23,398 nt of DNA, from NCBI GenBank assembly GCA_051747805.1, contig JBNJGP010000043.1:1-23398 (forward strand), in the 5' to 3' direction. Each line of letters begins with the position of its first letter. Position 1 is the first letter of the stretch. A model generated the notes under the pieces. That model made no database searches. It saw nothing but the letters and a program-made list of their open reading frames with translations, and was not told the DNA's origin. Of the stretch, positions 8,960 through 18,061 are shown one piece after another. The position numbers were made by a program, and so were the translations under genes. This DNA is from Candidatus Muiribacteriota bacterium. Lineage in GTDB: Bacteria > Muiribacteriota > Muiribacteriia > Muiribacteriales > Muiribacteriaceae.

Positions 8960-9208
8960 TTATTGCTCCTCAATAATTTTTTTCATCTCTTCAATAATTT
9001 TCTGCTGTTCTATTAGAATTGAAATCAGTATTGGCTCAAACGGATATGGTGAACCCGAGTTTGAAAGGGCCTGTGAATGCAGTTTAGCCTGAGAAAAAAG
9101 TTTATCAAAAATTTCTCTATCCTCTTTTCTGAGCGCACGCCGGAACTGTGACCACATTGATTTTTCTGTTTCAACAAGCTGGGTGGCCGAAAATAATGTT
9201 CTGCCCAT
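8960..9208 (-). CDS. Small helical PolB2-associated protein (arCOG07300-like)
   Basis: MGRT...W..FRRALRKEDREIFD..F..AK.H...P.P.E.ILISILIEQ pattern, recognised from proteins encoded beside PolB2; SD AAGGAG; stop 3 nt before the polymerase start. Confidence 0.8.
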   Translation of the reverse strand: MGRTLFSATQLVETEKSMWSQFRRALRKEDREIFDKLFSQAKLHSQALSNSGSPYPFEPILISILIEQQKIIEEMKKIIEEQ

Positions 9209-9241
9209 AAAATCTCCTTAAAAATTAAATTTATACAGGTT

Positions 9242-9721
9242 TTACCTTAACCCCTGTGATATTTTATTTGAAATACAGTTTTCTGCGATTACTCCCCCGG
9301 CGTTTAATAAAATGGGGGCTTTTATTTCAAGCATACTTAAAACGCATATTTCAGTTAATCTTGTCATTTCAGTTTCTGAAATAGATTCATCTTCAATAAT
9401 TTTATCTATATCTGATAAAAAAACAGGGATATTTCTGGAATTTTTTTCGCTTTTTAATCTGTTTTTCAGCTGATAAATTGTAAATACACGGGATATTTGA
9501 ATTCTTTCAAGCAATTGATTTATATTAACTTTTGAATATCTGGCTACCCTGGCTAAAAAATAGGGATTAAACCTGTTTCCACAGTCAATAAGTTTTATGT
9601 TTTTTTTATTTAAAATATATTCATAAAGTTTCATATGAATATGCCCCTGTGGATCAGGGTTTTCTGTAATATGCCATTTATGGGATAAAAGTAGTTCATT
9701 TTTTAAAATTGTTATTTCCAT
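9242..9721 (-). CDS. Inactivated RecA/RadA-fold protein (iRadA-like)
   Basis: LIDCGNRFNPY...LLERIQISRVFTIYQL resembles the RadA/Rad51 core; Walker B-like VFLSD; no GxxxxGKT; start moved from TTG 9760 to ATG 9721 because a promoter lies at 9728-9756. Confidence 0.75.
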   Translation of the reverse strand: MEITILKNELLLSHKWHITENPDPQGHIHMKLYEYILNKKNIKLIDCGNRFNPYFLARVARYSKVNINQLLERIQISRVFTIYQLKNRLKSEKNSRNIPVFLSDIDKIIEDESISETEMTRLTEICVLSMLEIKAPILLNAGGVIAENCISNKISQGLR

Positions 9722-9727
9722 ATTTTT

Positions 9728-9756
9728 ATTATAACCGAAAAAAAACCGAAAATCAA
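9728..9756 (-). promoter_or_regulatory. Leaderless sigma70 promoter TTGATT-N17-TATAAT with direct-repeat operator candidate
   Basis: -35 9751-9756, -10 9728-9733, 6 nt to ATG; TTTTCGGTT repeated at 9744-9752 and 9733-9741. Confidence 0.7.
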
Positions 9757-9786
9757 ACAAAAAAATTCTTTTTGAACGGCCTATCT

Positions 9787-12700
9787 CTACCCATCTATTA
9801 ATAATTTTATGCGATTCAGCTGATTGACCTCGCTTGCCCCGGGGTCATAATCGATTGGAGCTATATTTGTCTCAGGGTAAGCATTTCTAAGTTCAGTTAT
9901 CATACCTTTTCCCGTAATATGATTTGGAAGACAGGCAAATGGCTGCAGACAAAGTATATTTTTAACTCCGCTTTTTATAAGCTTTACCATCTCAGCCGTT
10001 AAAAGCCAGCCTTCCCCGGTCTGATTACCTATAGATAAATGATTTTCCGCCAGACCTGCCAACTGGTTTATAGTTGGTGAGCCAGAATATCTCTGACTTT
10101 TTTTAAGAGCATTTCTTATGATATTTCTGTATATCTCTAGAATTTTTATTGCACTTATTCCAAATATTGAACTTTTAAGCGTACCTTCAAGATAGCGTTT
10201 ATTGAACTTCAGATTATAAAGAGGATAAAGGAAAAAGTCATATAAATCAGGTATTATTACCTCTATATTTTCCTCTTCAAGCATTTTCACCAGATTATTG
10301 TTGGCTGTTGGACTGAATTTAACAAATATTTCACCAACTATTCCAACTTTTGTTTTATTTATTCTGTTATCAATTTCTATTTTTTCAAAATCTTTTATAA
10401 TATTTTTTATATTTCTTCTAAACTCTTTTAAGCCACCTTTTTCAATATTCCTTTTAACGATTTTTTCCCATTTTTTACAAATTTTTTCTGTTTTTCCCTT
10501 TTCTTTTTCATATGGTCTGGTTTTATGAAGAAGTTTCATAAGCAAATCACCGGTTAATATGCCAAATATAAGGCTGTGTAATAAACCTGGCGTGAATTTA
10601 AATCCCGGATGATTTTCAAATCCCTGTGCCGAAGCTGATATTACAGGTATCCTGTCATATCCCGCGTCTTTTAAGCCCTTTCTAAGAAGTGATATATAGT
10701 TACTTGCACGACAACCGCCCCCAGTCTGAGAAATAATTACAGAAGTATTGTTTATGTCATATTTTCCTGATTCAAGAGCCTCAATTATCTGCCCAATAAC
10801 AATTATTGCAGGATAACAGGAATCATTATTAACATATTTAAGTCCAATATCTATAGCTTTTTTATCCACACCCGGAAGTATTTCTGCCTTATATCCGGCT
10901 TTTTTCAGGGCGGGTTTAAAAAACTGAAAATGTATTGGCGACATATGAGGTATAAGAATTGTATGTTTTTTGCGCATTTTTTTTGTAAATTTAATTTTTT
11001 CTGCATTATTTTTTGTTTTTACAAGCTTTAATTTTTTTTCTTTTATTTCATTCAGGGCCGCATTAAGAGACCTTAATCTTATTCTGGCAGCTCCAAGATT
11101 GGTTATTTCATCAATTTTCAAAAGTGTGAAAATTTTTCCTTCTTTTTCAAGTATTTCTTTTATCTGATCAGAAGTTATTGCATCTAAACCACAACCAAAG
11201 GAGTTCAACTGAACAAGCTGTATATTTTCCTTAGTCGCGACATATTCGGCCGCTGCATAAAGCCTTGTATGATAAGTCCATTGATCTCTTGTTCTTAAAG
11301 GTCTCTGGATTTTTTTTTGATGGCTGACTGAATCTTCTGAAAGCACTGCATATCCCATAGATCTAATTAATTCAGGAATGCCTTTGTTTATTTCAGGGTC
11401 AATGTGATATGGTCTTCCCGCAAGCACTATTGCCGGCATATTGTTTTCTTGTATAATTTTTAATATTTCACTTCCTTTTAATTTTATATGTTCTTTGTAT
11501 TTCTTCAGGTCTTCATAGGCTTTTTGAAGGGCATTTTTCATTTCAATCATAGGAATTTTTTCATTTTTCAACTCTTCTTTTAATCTCTTCAACATTCTAT
11601 CTGGATTATTTAAAGGTAGAAACGGTTTATAAAAGGTAATATCTTTTTTTCTCAGATTTCTAATATTTGCATAGATTGTTTCCGGATAGGAAACAACAAC
11701 AGGGCAGTTATAATTCCCACAGGCATTTTTATCCTCTTTCTGATTAAGGGGAATGCATGGATAAAATATCTTTTTTACTTTTTTATGAATTAAGTCCATT
11801 ATATGTCCATGAACAAGTTTTGCTGGATAGCATATGGACTCAGATGGAATTGTTTCAATCCCTTTTTCATAAATTTTTTTTGATGACGGGGATGAAAGTT
11901 TTACTTTATATCCAAGTTGTGTAAAAAAAGTATGCCAGAACGGAAAGTCCTCGTACATATTTAAAACTCTTGGAATGCCAATTTCACCGCGTGTTGGATT
12001 TTCAAGACTTTTATAGTCAAAAACTTTTTTTAATTTATAATAATAAATATTTAAATCATTTTTTTTCTTTATAGATTTTTGACCTGCCCGTTCGCATCTA
12101 TTTCCCGTAATATACTTATGTCCATCCCAAAAATTATACTGAATAAGCTTACAGTTATTATTACATAAATTACATACTTTTTTTGATATTGTATAATCAA
12201 AATTATGGAGTTCCTCAGTTGATAAAATTGAGGATTTCCCTTCTCTGTATTTTTCAGAAGCAATTAAGGCTGCACCGAAAGCCCCCATTATTCCGGCAAT
12301 ATTAGGTCTGATAACTTCGCGATTAAGAATTTTTTCTATAGAGCGAAGCACTGCCTCATTATAAAAAGTTCCCCCCTGAACAACAATCTTTTTGCCAAGT
12401 TCTTCAGGATTTTTCATTCTAATAACTTTAAAAAGGGCATTTTTAATAATTGATTTTGAAACTCCTGCTGAAATATCCGAAATATCCGCCCCTTCTTTTT
12501 GCACCTGTTTAACTTTTGAGTTCATAAAAACAGTACATCTTGAGCCCAGATCAACTGGATTTTTTGCTTCCAGTCCTTTTAGGGCAAAATCTTTTACTTT
12601 CATATTCAGTGAATGGGCAAAAGTTTCAATAAAAGAGCCACAGCCAGAGGAACAGGCCTCGTTAAGCATTATAGAGGTGATAACTTTGTTTTTAATTTTT

Positions 12701-13980
12701 AAACTTTTCATATCCTGTCCACCTATATCCAGCACAAAATCAACCCCGGGACAGAAAAAGTCGGCTCCTTTGTAATGGGCTATTGTTTCAATTTCCCCTA
12801 AGTCAATGTTTAAGGCATTTTTTAAAAATTTTTCTCCATATCCTGTTACTGCCGCATTAGCAATAAAAGATTCAGGATTCATTTTTAAATAAAGTTTTTT
12901 CAGCTCATTTACTGTCCAGTTAAGAGGTTTTCCGTGATTATTTCCATAGGCTGAATATAAAAGGTTTCCGTTTTTATCAATTAAGGCCAATTTAGTTGTT
13001 GTTGACCCGGCATCAATCCCCAGAAAACATTTACCGCGGTGAGCTGATAACTCTTTTTTAACTACCCTATTTTTATAATGACGATCTCTGAAAGTTTTAT
13101 ACTCTTTTTCATTTAAAAACAGAGATGTTAAATTTTTTTTAAAATTATTTTCAATATTAATATCAGGCATTCTGTCATAAAGGCATTCAAACTCCAGTTT
13201 TTTTGATGTTTCTGTGCTCAGGGCGGCCCCTAATGCAACATAATACTGTGAGTTTTCCGGAAAAATAATATCTTCTTTTTTCAGTTTTAAAGTTTTGATA
13301 AATTTTTTTCTAAGCTCTGATAAAAAATAAAGAGGTCCCCCTAAAAAGGCTACTTTGCCCCTAATTGGTTTTCCCTGAGACAGGGCGGTTATTGTCTGAT
13401 TAACTACTGCCTGAAATATTGAGGCAGCAATATCCTCTCTTGAAACTCCCTCGTTTAGAAGTGTTTGAACGTCGGTTTTGGCAAAAACCCCGCATCTTGA
13501 GGCAATTGGATGAATTGTTTCGGCCTGTCCGGCTAATTTATTTAATCCAGCTGGATCGGTTTTAAGCAGCGTAGCCATCTGATCAATAAAAGAACCTGTT
13601 CCTCCAGCGCATGTTCCGTTCATACGCTGTTCGACCTGATTGCCAAGATAAATTATTTTTGCATCTTCTCCGCCTAATTCTATCGCAACGTCGGTATGGG
13701 GCACATTTTTTTTTATAGTTTTTGTAGAGGCAATAACTTCCTGAACAAAGGGAATATTAAGCTTCTGAGCAAAACCAAGACCGGCTGAACCAGTTATAGC
13801 AATAGAAGATTTTTTATTTTTTAATATTTTTTTTATTTCATCAAATAATAAAAAAACTGTTTTTTTTATTTCTGAATAATGTCTAAGGTATTTTTTAAAT
13901 ATAATATTAAAATTGCTGTCAACAACAACAACTTTCAGAGTTGTAGAGCCTATATCCAGTCCAACTTTTAATTTTTTCAC
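9787..13980 (-). CDS. Fused 2-hydroxyacyl-CoA dehydratase activator-type protein (two BadF/BadG/BcrA/BcrD ATPase domains + DUF2229/dehydratase-like domains)
   Basis: Two ASKHA modules (GLDIGSTTLK/ELGGED/CAGGTG/SRCGVF and GIDAGSTTTK/DIGGQD/CSSGCG/SRCTVF), CxxCxxxC linker, SESICYPAK, NSFGCGLD, QTGGGCRA, QPFACLPNH; GTG start. Confidence 0.9.
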   Translation of the reverse strand: MKKLKVGLDIGSTTLKVVVVDSNFNIIFKKYLRHYSEIKKTVFLLFDEIKKILKNKKSSIAITGSAGLGFAQKLNIPFVQEVIASTKTIKKNVPHTDVAIELGGEDAKIIYLGNQVEQRMNGTCAGGTGSFIDQMATLLKTDPAGLNKLAGQAETIHPIASRCGVFAKTDVQTLLNEGVSREDIAASIFQAVVNQTITALSQGKPIRGKVAFLGGPLYFLSELRKKFIKTLKLKKEDIIFPENSQYYVALGAALSTETSKKLEFECLYDRMPDINIENNFKKNLTSLFLNEKEYKTFRDRHYKNRVVKKELSAHRGKCFLGIDAGSTTTKLALIDKNGNLLYSAYGNNHGKPLNWTVNELKKLYLKMNPESFIANAAVTGYGEKFLKNALNIDLGEIETIAHYKGADFFCPGVDFVLDIGGQDMKSLKIKNKVITSIMLNEACSSGCGSFIETFAHSLNMKVKDFALKGLEAKNPVDLGSRCTVFMNSKVKQVQKEGADISDISAGVSKSIIKNALFKVIRMKNPEELGKKIVVQGGTFYNEAVLRSIEKILNREVIRPNIAGIMGAFGAALIASEKYREGKSSILSTEELHNFDYTISKKVCNLCNNNCKLIQYNFWDGHKYITGNRCERAGQKSIKKKNDLNIYYYKLKKVFDYKSLENPTRGEIGIPRVLNMYEDFPFWHTFFTQLGYKVKLSSPSSKKIYEKGIETIPSESICYPAKLVHGHIMDLIHKKVKKIFYPCIPLNQKEDKNACGNYNCPVVVSYPETIYANIRNLRKKDITFYKPFLPLNNPDRMLKRLKEELKNEKIPMIEMKNALQKAYEDLKKYKEHIKLKGSEILKIIQENNMPAIVLAGRPYHIDPEINKGIPELIRSMGYAVLSEDSVSHQKKIQRPLRTRDQWTYHTRLYAAAEYVATKENIQLVQLNSFGCGLDAITSDQIKEILEKEGKIFTLLKIDEITNLGAARIRLRSLNAALNEIKEKKLKLVKTKNNAEKIKFTKKMRKKHTILIPHMSPIHFQFFKPALKKAGYKAEILPGVDKKAIDIGLKYVNNDSCYPAIIVIGQIIEALESGKYDINNTSVIISQTGGGCRASNYISLLRKGLKDAGYDRIPVISASAQGFENHPGFKFTPGLLHSLIFGILTGDLLMKLLHKTRPYEKEKGKTEKICKKWEKIVKRNIEKGGLKEFRRNIKNIIKDFEKIEIDNRINKTKVGIVGEIFVKFSPTANNNLVKMLEEENIEVIIPDLYDFFLYPLYNLKFNKRYLEGTLKSSIFGISAIKILEIYRNIIRNALKKSQRYSGSPTINQLAGLAENHLSIGNQTGEGWLLTAEMVKLIKSGVKNILCLQPFACLPNHITGKGMITELRNAYPETNIAPIDYDPGASEVNQLNRIKLLIDG

Positions 13981-14072
13981 ATTAAATCAACTTCTTCAAC
14001 AGATTTAAATTTTTTAACCTTAAGTTAATATATTTTACTATAGTTTTTTACAAAAACAAAACTTTTTTAAAG

Positions 14073-14106
14073 AAAAAAAAAGGCTGCCATTATAATGACA
14101 GCCTTT
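14073..14106 (-). terminator. Intrinsic terminator after rny (possibly bidirectional)
   Basis: Minus strand AAAGGCTGTCAT-tata-ATGGCAGCCTTT followed by a T tract; a T tract is also present on the plus side. Confidence 0.88.
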
Positions 14107-14126
14107 CTGTTTTTTTTTGATTTTAA

Positions 14127-15668
14127 TTATCTTGCATAATCGACAGCTTTTGTTTCTCTTAAAACAACAACTTTAATCTCGCCAGGATAATCCATCTGTT
14201 CCTCTATATTATTTGCTATATCCCTTGAGAATTTAGGTAAAATATCATCTTTGATTTTACCAGGTTCAACGATAACACGAATTTCTCTACCAGCCTGAAG
14301 GGCATATGCTTTTTCAACACCAGTAAAACTGGCTGAAATCTCTTCAAGAGATTTAATTCTTTTAATATACGCCTCGATATTTTCATATCTTGCTCCGGGT
14401 CTGGAGGCCGAAACCGCATCAGCCGTCTGAACTAAAACAGCCTCTATCGTATTAAAAGGTGCGTCCCCGTGATGTGCCTCAACAGCATTGAGCACTTTAG
14501 GTTTTTCACCCATTTTTTTCAATATTTCAACTCCAATCTGAACATGAGTTCCTTCCATCTCTTGGTCAACGCCCTTTCCAATATCATGTAAAAAGGCCGC
14601 CCTTGTAGCAAACTTAACATCTGCGCCAATTTCCTCGGCCATTCCAGCCGCAATTTTTGCAACTTCAATAGAATGTTCGAGTATGTTCTGACCATAACTG
14701 GTTCTGAACTTCAATCTGCCAATATATGGATAAAGCTTTCTATTAAGCCCAAGAACATTTGCCTGAATAGCACCGTCCTCTCCAATTTTTTTAAGCTCTT
14801 CTTCCATTTCTTCAGAAACTTTTTTATAGGTTTCTTCAATTCTGGCAGGATGAATTCTTCCATCAGAAATTAACTTTTCAATAGTCTGTCTTGCAATTTC
14901 TCTTTTAAGACTGTTGAAAGATGAAAGAACAACAGCCTCAGGTGTATCATCTATAATAACATTAACACCTGTGACACCCTCTAAAGTTCTTATATTCCGT
15001 CCTTCTCTACCAATAATTCGACCTTTCATCTCATCATTGGGAAGCTGCACAACAGTTACGGTCGATTCGTTAACACAATCAACAGCAACTTTCTGCATAG
15101 CATAGGAAAGAATTTCTTTTGCCTTTGTGTGACTTTGCTCACGGACTTTTTCCTCATGGTCTTTAATTTTAGCACTTATCTCTCTTCCTAAATCTTCCTC
15201 AACATTTTTCAAAAGAAGCTCTCTTGCCTCATCTCTTGAAAGCTGGGCAACCTTTTCAAGTTCATGAATAATTGTTTTAGTTTTCTTTTCAAGATCAACT
15301 TTCATTCCCTCGATTTTTTCAGATTTTTTTTCAAGTGTGTCTTCTTTTTTTTCAAGTTTTAAAAGAAGGTCATCAACTTTTTTTTCTCTAAGTGTAACCC
15401 TTTTTTCTGCTTTGCCGATTTCAACCCTTCTCTCACGTGTTTCGCGGTTGAAATTCCGCTCAAGCTCTTTCCTCATGTTGATTTCTTTGTTTTTTAAATC
15501 AAGTTCTGTTTCTTTTTTTAAAGTATCTGCTTTTTTCCTGCTTTCTTCAACTATAATCTCAGCATTATTCTTTGCCTTCTTTATAACAGATTTCTGGGAA
15601 AACAGGATAATTGCAACACCGGCTATAAGTCCGATTACAATTCCAATGACTAGAGCTACTGCGTCCAC
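14127..15668 (-). CDS. rny: Ribonuclease Y
   Basis: N-terminal TM, coiled coil, KH domain (MKGRIIGREGRNIR), HD domain (RTSYGQN..EHS, LHDIGK, ADAVSASRPGAR), AGREIRV, YPGEIKV; SD GGAGGTG, GTG start. Confidence 0.98.
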   Translation of the reverse strand: MDAVALVIGIVIGLIAGVAIILFSQKSVIKKAKNNAEIIVEESRKKADTLKKETELDLKNKEINMRKELERNFNRETRERRVEIGKAEKRVTLREKKVDDLLLKLEKKEDTLEKKSEKIEGMKVDLEKKTKTIIHELEKVAQLSRDEARELLLKNVEEDLGREISAKIKDHEEKVREQSHTKAKEILSYAMQKVAVDCVNESTVTVVQLPNDEMKGRIIGREGRNIRTLEGVTGVNVIIDDTPEAVVLSSFNSLKREIARQTIEKLISDGRIHPARIEETYKKVSEEMEEELKKIGEDGAIQANVLGLNRKLYPYIGRLKFRTSYGQNILEHSIEVAKIAAGMAEEIGADVKFATRAAFLHDIGKGVDQEMEGTHVQIGVEILKKMGEKPKVLNAVEAHHGDAPFNTIEAVLVQTADAVSASRPGARYENIEAYIKRIKSLEEISASFTGVEKAYALQAGREIRVIVEPGKIKDDILPKFSRDIANNIEEQMDYPGEIKVVVLRETKAVDYAR

Positions 15669-15837
15669 TTTTTCACCTCCGAATATTTAATTGTCAAAGA
15701 TCATTTTAAATTTATCAGACTGTAATTAAGCATATTACAAAAAATTATATTAAAACTTACAGCATTATATATGTAAATAAACTAATACAGCCTGATCATA
15801 CAATAAAGATCATTTGTTTTTTATAAAAACCCTTAAA

Positions 15838-15866
15838 ATTATAAAATAAAAATTTTAATAGGTCAA
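15838..15866 (-). promoter_or_regulatory. sigma70 promoter for rny, TTGACC-N17-TATAAT
   Basis: -35 15861-15866, -10 15838-15843; implies a 5' UTR of about 160 nt. Confidence 0.65.
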
Positions 15867-15931
15867 TAATAAAAAGATAAAAATTTTTTTACCTGTATCT
15901 ATTTTTCTATACTTCGTTTTCTAATGAAAAG

Positions 15932-17401
15932 TTATAAATTATCCAGCACACCTGCATCTTTATTAAATTTATCAATTAACTTATCAATTTCAGGAGTTAA
16001 TTTATAAATACTTTTCCAGTAATCTCGGTCGTACCACTGCCTGTTTAAATCCTCAACAGATTTTCCCTGCTGCTCAACCCAGGTATAATATTTCAAGTTA
16101 TGTATTCTCTTTTTGTCATTATATGTTAATTCCTGGAAATTATCAGTTTCAACAGCCATTAAATACCTGTGAAAATCTCTTGCAGCCTGCTCTCTTTTAT
16201 AATCAGGTTCTTTTTGTTTCATCTCTTCATATCTTGAGTTATAAAGCTCCATTGAATCAGTAAATACAGTAAACACAATATCATCTGAGCCTAATTCGTA
16301 GTATTTGGCAAACTTAACGGCAGTTAAAATATTTGCAATACCAGAAATGCCGATTAAATCTAAATTATCAACAACTTCTTCAGAAATCCCCTGAGATTTA
16401 AGGTAGTCTCTTCCAGCCGGGTCGTTAAAAAGTCTGACCAGATTCATACAGCTTTCATCATCTATTGCCGCTACCATATCAGTGTTTTTAACATTATGTA
16501 TCCATGGAATATGTTTGTCACCGATTCCTTCAATTCTATGTCCGCCAAATCCATTATTCAAAAGTGTGGTGCATTGTTTTGCCTCGCTGACAATAACCTT
16601 GGAATCCCTGTGAATATATTTCATAAAATCAGCCGAGCCTATTGTACCCGCCGAACCTGAAGTTACACATACCCCGGCCATTCTTGATTTATCAGTTTTA
16701 ATTTTATTAAAAACTTCATTCATAGCACCACCTGTAACTTCATAATGCCACAGATGATTTCCAAATTCTTTAAATTGATTTAAAATATGAATATCATCTC
16801 TTTCAGCCTCAAGCTCATGACATTTATCATATATTTCTTTTACATTACTTTCACAACCTGGAGTAGGTATGACTTCACCAGCGACTTTTTTAAGCCATTC
16901 AAAACGCTCCTGACTCATTTCCTCAGGTAAAATAGCAATAGAATCACATCCAAGCAGAGCTGAATTGTAGGCGCCACCACGGCAGTAATTACCGGTTGAA
17001 GGCCATACAGCTTTTTCTTTTATTGGATCAAAATTACCAGAAATTAAAGCAGGTGCCAGACAACCGTAAGTAGCTCCAACTTTATGTGCCCCTGTTGGAA
17101 ACCACTTTCCAACAACACCGACAATTCTTGCATCAACTCCGGTAAGACTTGAGGGAAGCTCAAAAAAATTTGCCCCTTTATGCAAACCGCCTTTTTCAAC
17201 AGGTTCGTTTTTCCAGGTGATTCTGAAAAGATTAACAGGATCTATATCCCATAAACCGGTTTCCTTTAACCTGTTTTTAATTTTTTCTGGAATGAGTTCT
17301 GGGTTTTTCATCTGTCTGTAAGTTGGCAGCACAACTTTTTTTTCTTTTGCCCTTTTTACTGCATTTTCATACTTTGTTTTTGAGCCAGATAATTTAATCA
17401 T
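15932..17401 (-). CDS. PLP-dependent enzyme, fold type II (cysteine synthase/Trp synthase beta superfamily), long form
   Basis: PTGAHK (Schiff-base Lys), PSTGN, GSAGT phosphate loop, HRIEGIG; 489 aa with N- and C-terminal extensions; SD AAGGAG. Confidence 0.88.
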   Translation of the reverse strand: MIKLSGSKTKYENAVKRAKEKKVVLPTYRQMKNPELIPEKIKNRLKETGLWDIDPVNLFRITWKNEPVEKGGLHKGANFFELPSSLTGVDARIVGVVGKWFPTGAHKVGATYGCLAPALISGNFDPIKEKAVWPSTGNYCRGGAYNSALLGCDSIAILPEEMSQERFEWLKKVAGEVIPTPGCESNVKEIYDKCHELEAERDDIHILNQFKEFGNHLWHYEVTGGAMNEVFNKIKTDKSRMAGVCVTSGSAGTIGSADFMKYIHRDSKVIVSEAKQCTTLLNNGFGGHRIEGIGDKHIPWIHNVKNTDMVAAIDDESCMNLVRLFNDPAGRDYLKSQGISEEVVDNLDLIGISGIANILTAVKFAKYYELGSDDIVFTVFTDSMELYNSRYEEMKQKEPDYKREQAARDFHRYLMAVETDNFQELTYNDKKRIHNLKYYTWVEQQGKSVEDLNRQWYDRDYWKSIYKLTPEIDKLIDKFNKDAGVLDNL

Positions 17402-17468
17402 ATTTACTCCTTATTTTATTTTTAAAATTGGTGATTATTAGCATGTCAGCTTTTTTTCACAAACAATC

Positions 17469-17538
17469 ATATTACAGAATTTTGTTTTAATATTCAAGAT
17501 TTTTTTATTTGAATATAATATAAATATTATGTTATAAT
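17469..17538. promoter_or_regulatory. Divergent sigma70 promoter pair
   Basis: Minus: TTGAAT (17492-17497)-N17-TAATAT (17469-17474); plus: TTGAAT (17509-17514)-N18-TATAAT (17533-17538) with extended TG; AT-rich background lowers certainty. Confidence 0.5.
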
Positions 17539-17568
17539 TTTAAATACTTTCACTTAAGGGGGAATAAT

Positions 17569-18057
17569 ATGTATTTTAAGAAAAGTTTTTTTTTAGTCCT
17601 ATTATTAACTTTAACCTTTAGTTTCAACGCTTATTCAGAGGAAGAAATTACTCTTGAACCTATGATGCTTACTCTTGAAGAAGTTCGTTCGCATACAACA
17701 TTTGTTTTTGAAGAGCTTGGTTTCAGCCGTCTTGCCGGTTTAAGCGGCCCCAGATTCGATGATGATTTATTAGAAAAAGCTGTTTCGATGGTCAAAAATT
17801 TTCTGGAAAAGGCAAAAAATGATGATGGTAAATTAAAAGCTGAGGTTTATACAAGAACAACTGTTACCCGGGCCGGAAATGAACGTTCTTATCATTATGT
17901 TATAATACATGGGCCAGAAATGACCTTAAATGAATTTACTCTTAAAAATGGAATTACTTTTATTAATCAGGATACAAAGGATTTTTTTGATATTGATAAA
18001 ATGAAAGAGCTTGAAAATAAAGCAAAAGAAAATAAATTATTAAGATGGGCTGACTGA
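17569..18057 (+). CDS. Hypothetical secreted protein (162 aa)
   Basis: SD AAGGGGG; Sec-type signal peptide MYFKKSFFLVLLLTLTFSFNAYS; no family recognised. Confidence 0.8.
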   Translation: MYFKKSFFLVLLLTLTFSFNAYSEEEITLEPMMLTLEEVRSHTTFVFEELGFSRLAGLSGPRFDDDLLEKAVSMVKNFLEKAKNDDGKLKAEVYTRTTVTRAGNERSYHYVIIHGPEMTLNEFTLKNGITFINQDTKDFFDIDKMKELENKAKENKLLRWAD

Positions 18058-18061
18058 CAAT

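Noticed and set aside
17648..17680. Direct repeat ttactcttgaa twice
   Set aside because: Two 11-bp in-frame copies encoding TLE within a CDS; not an array
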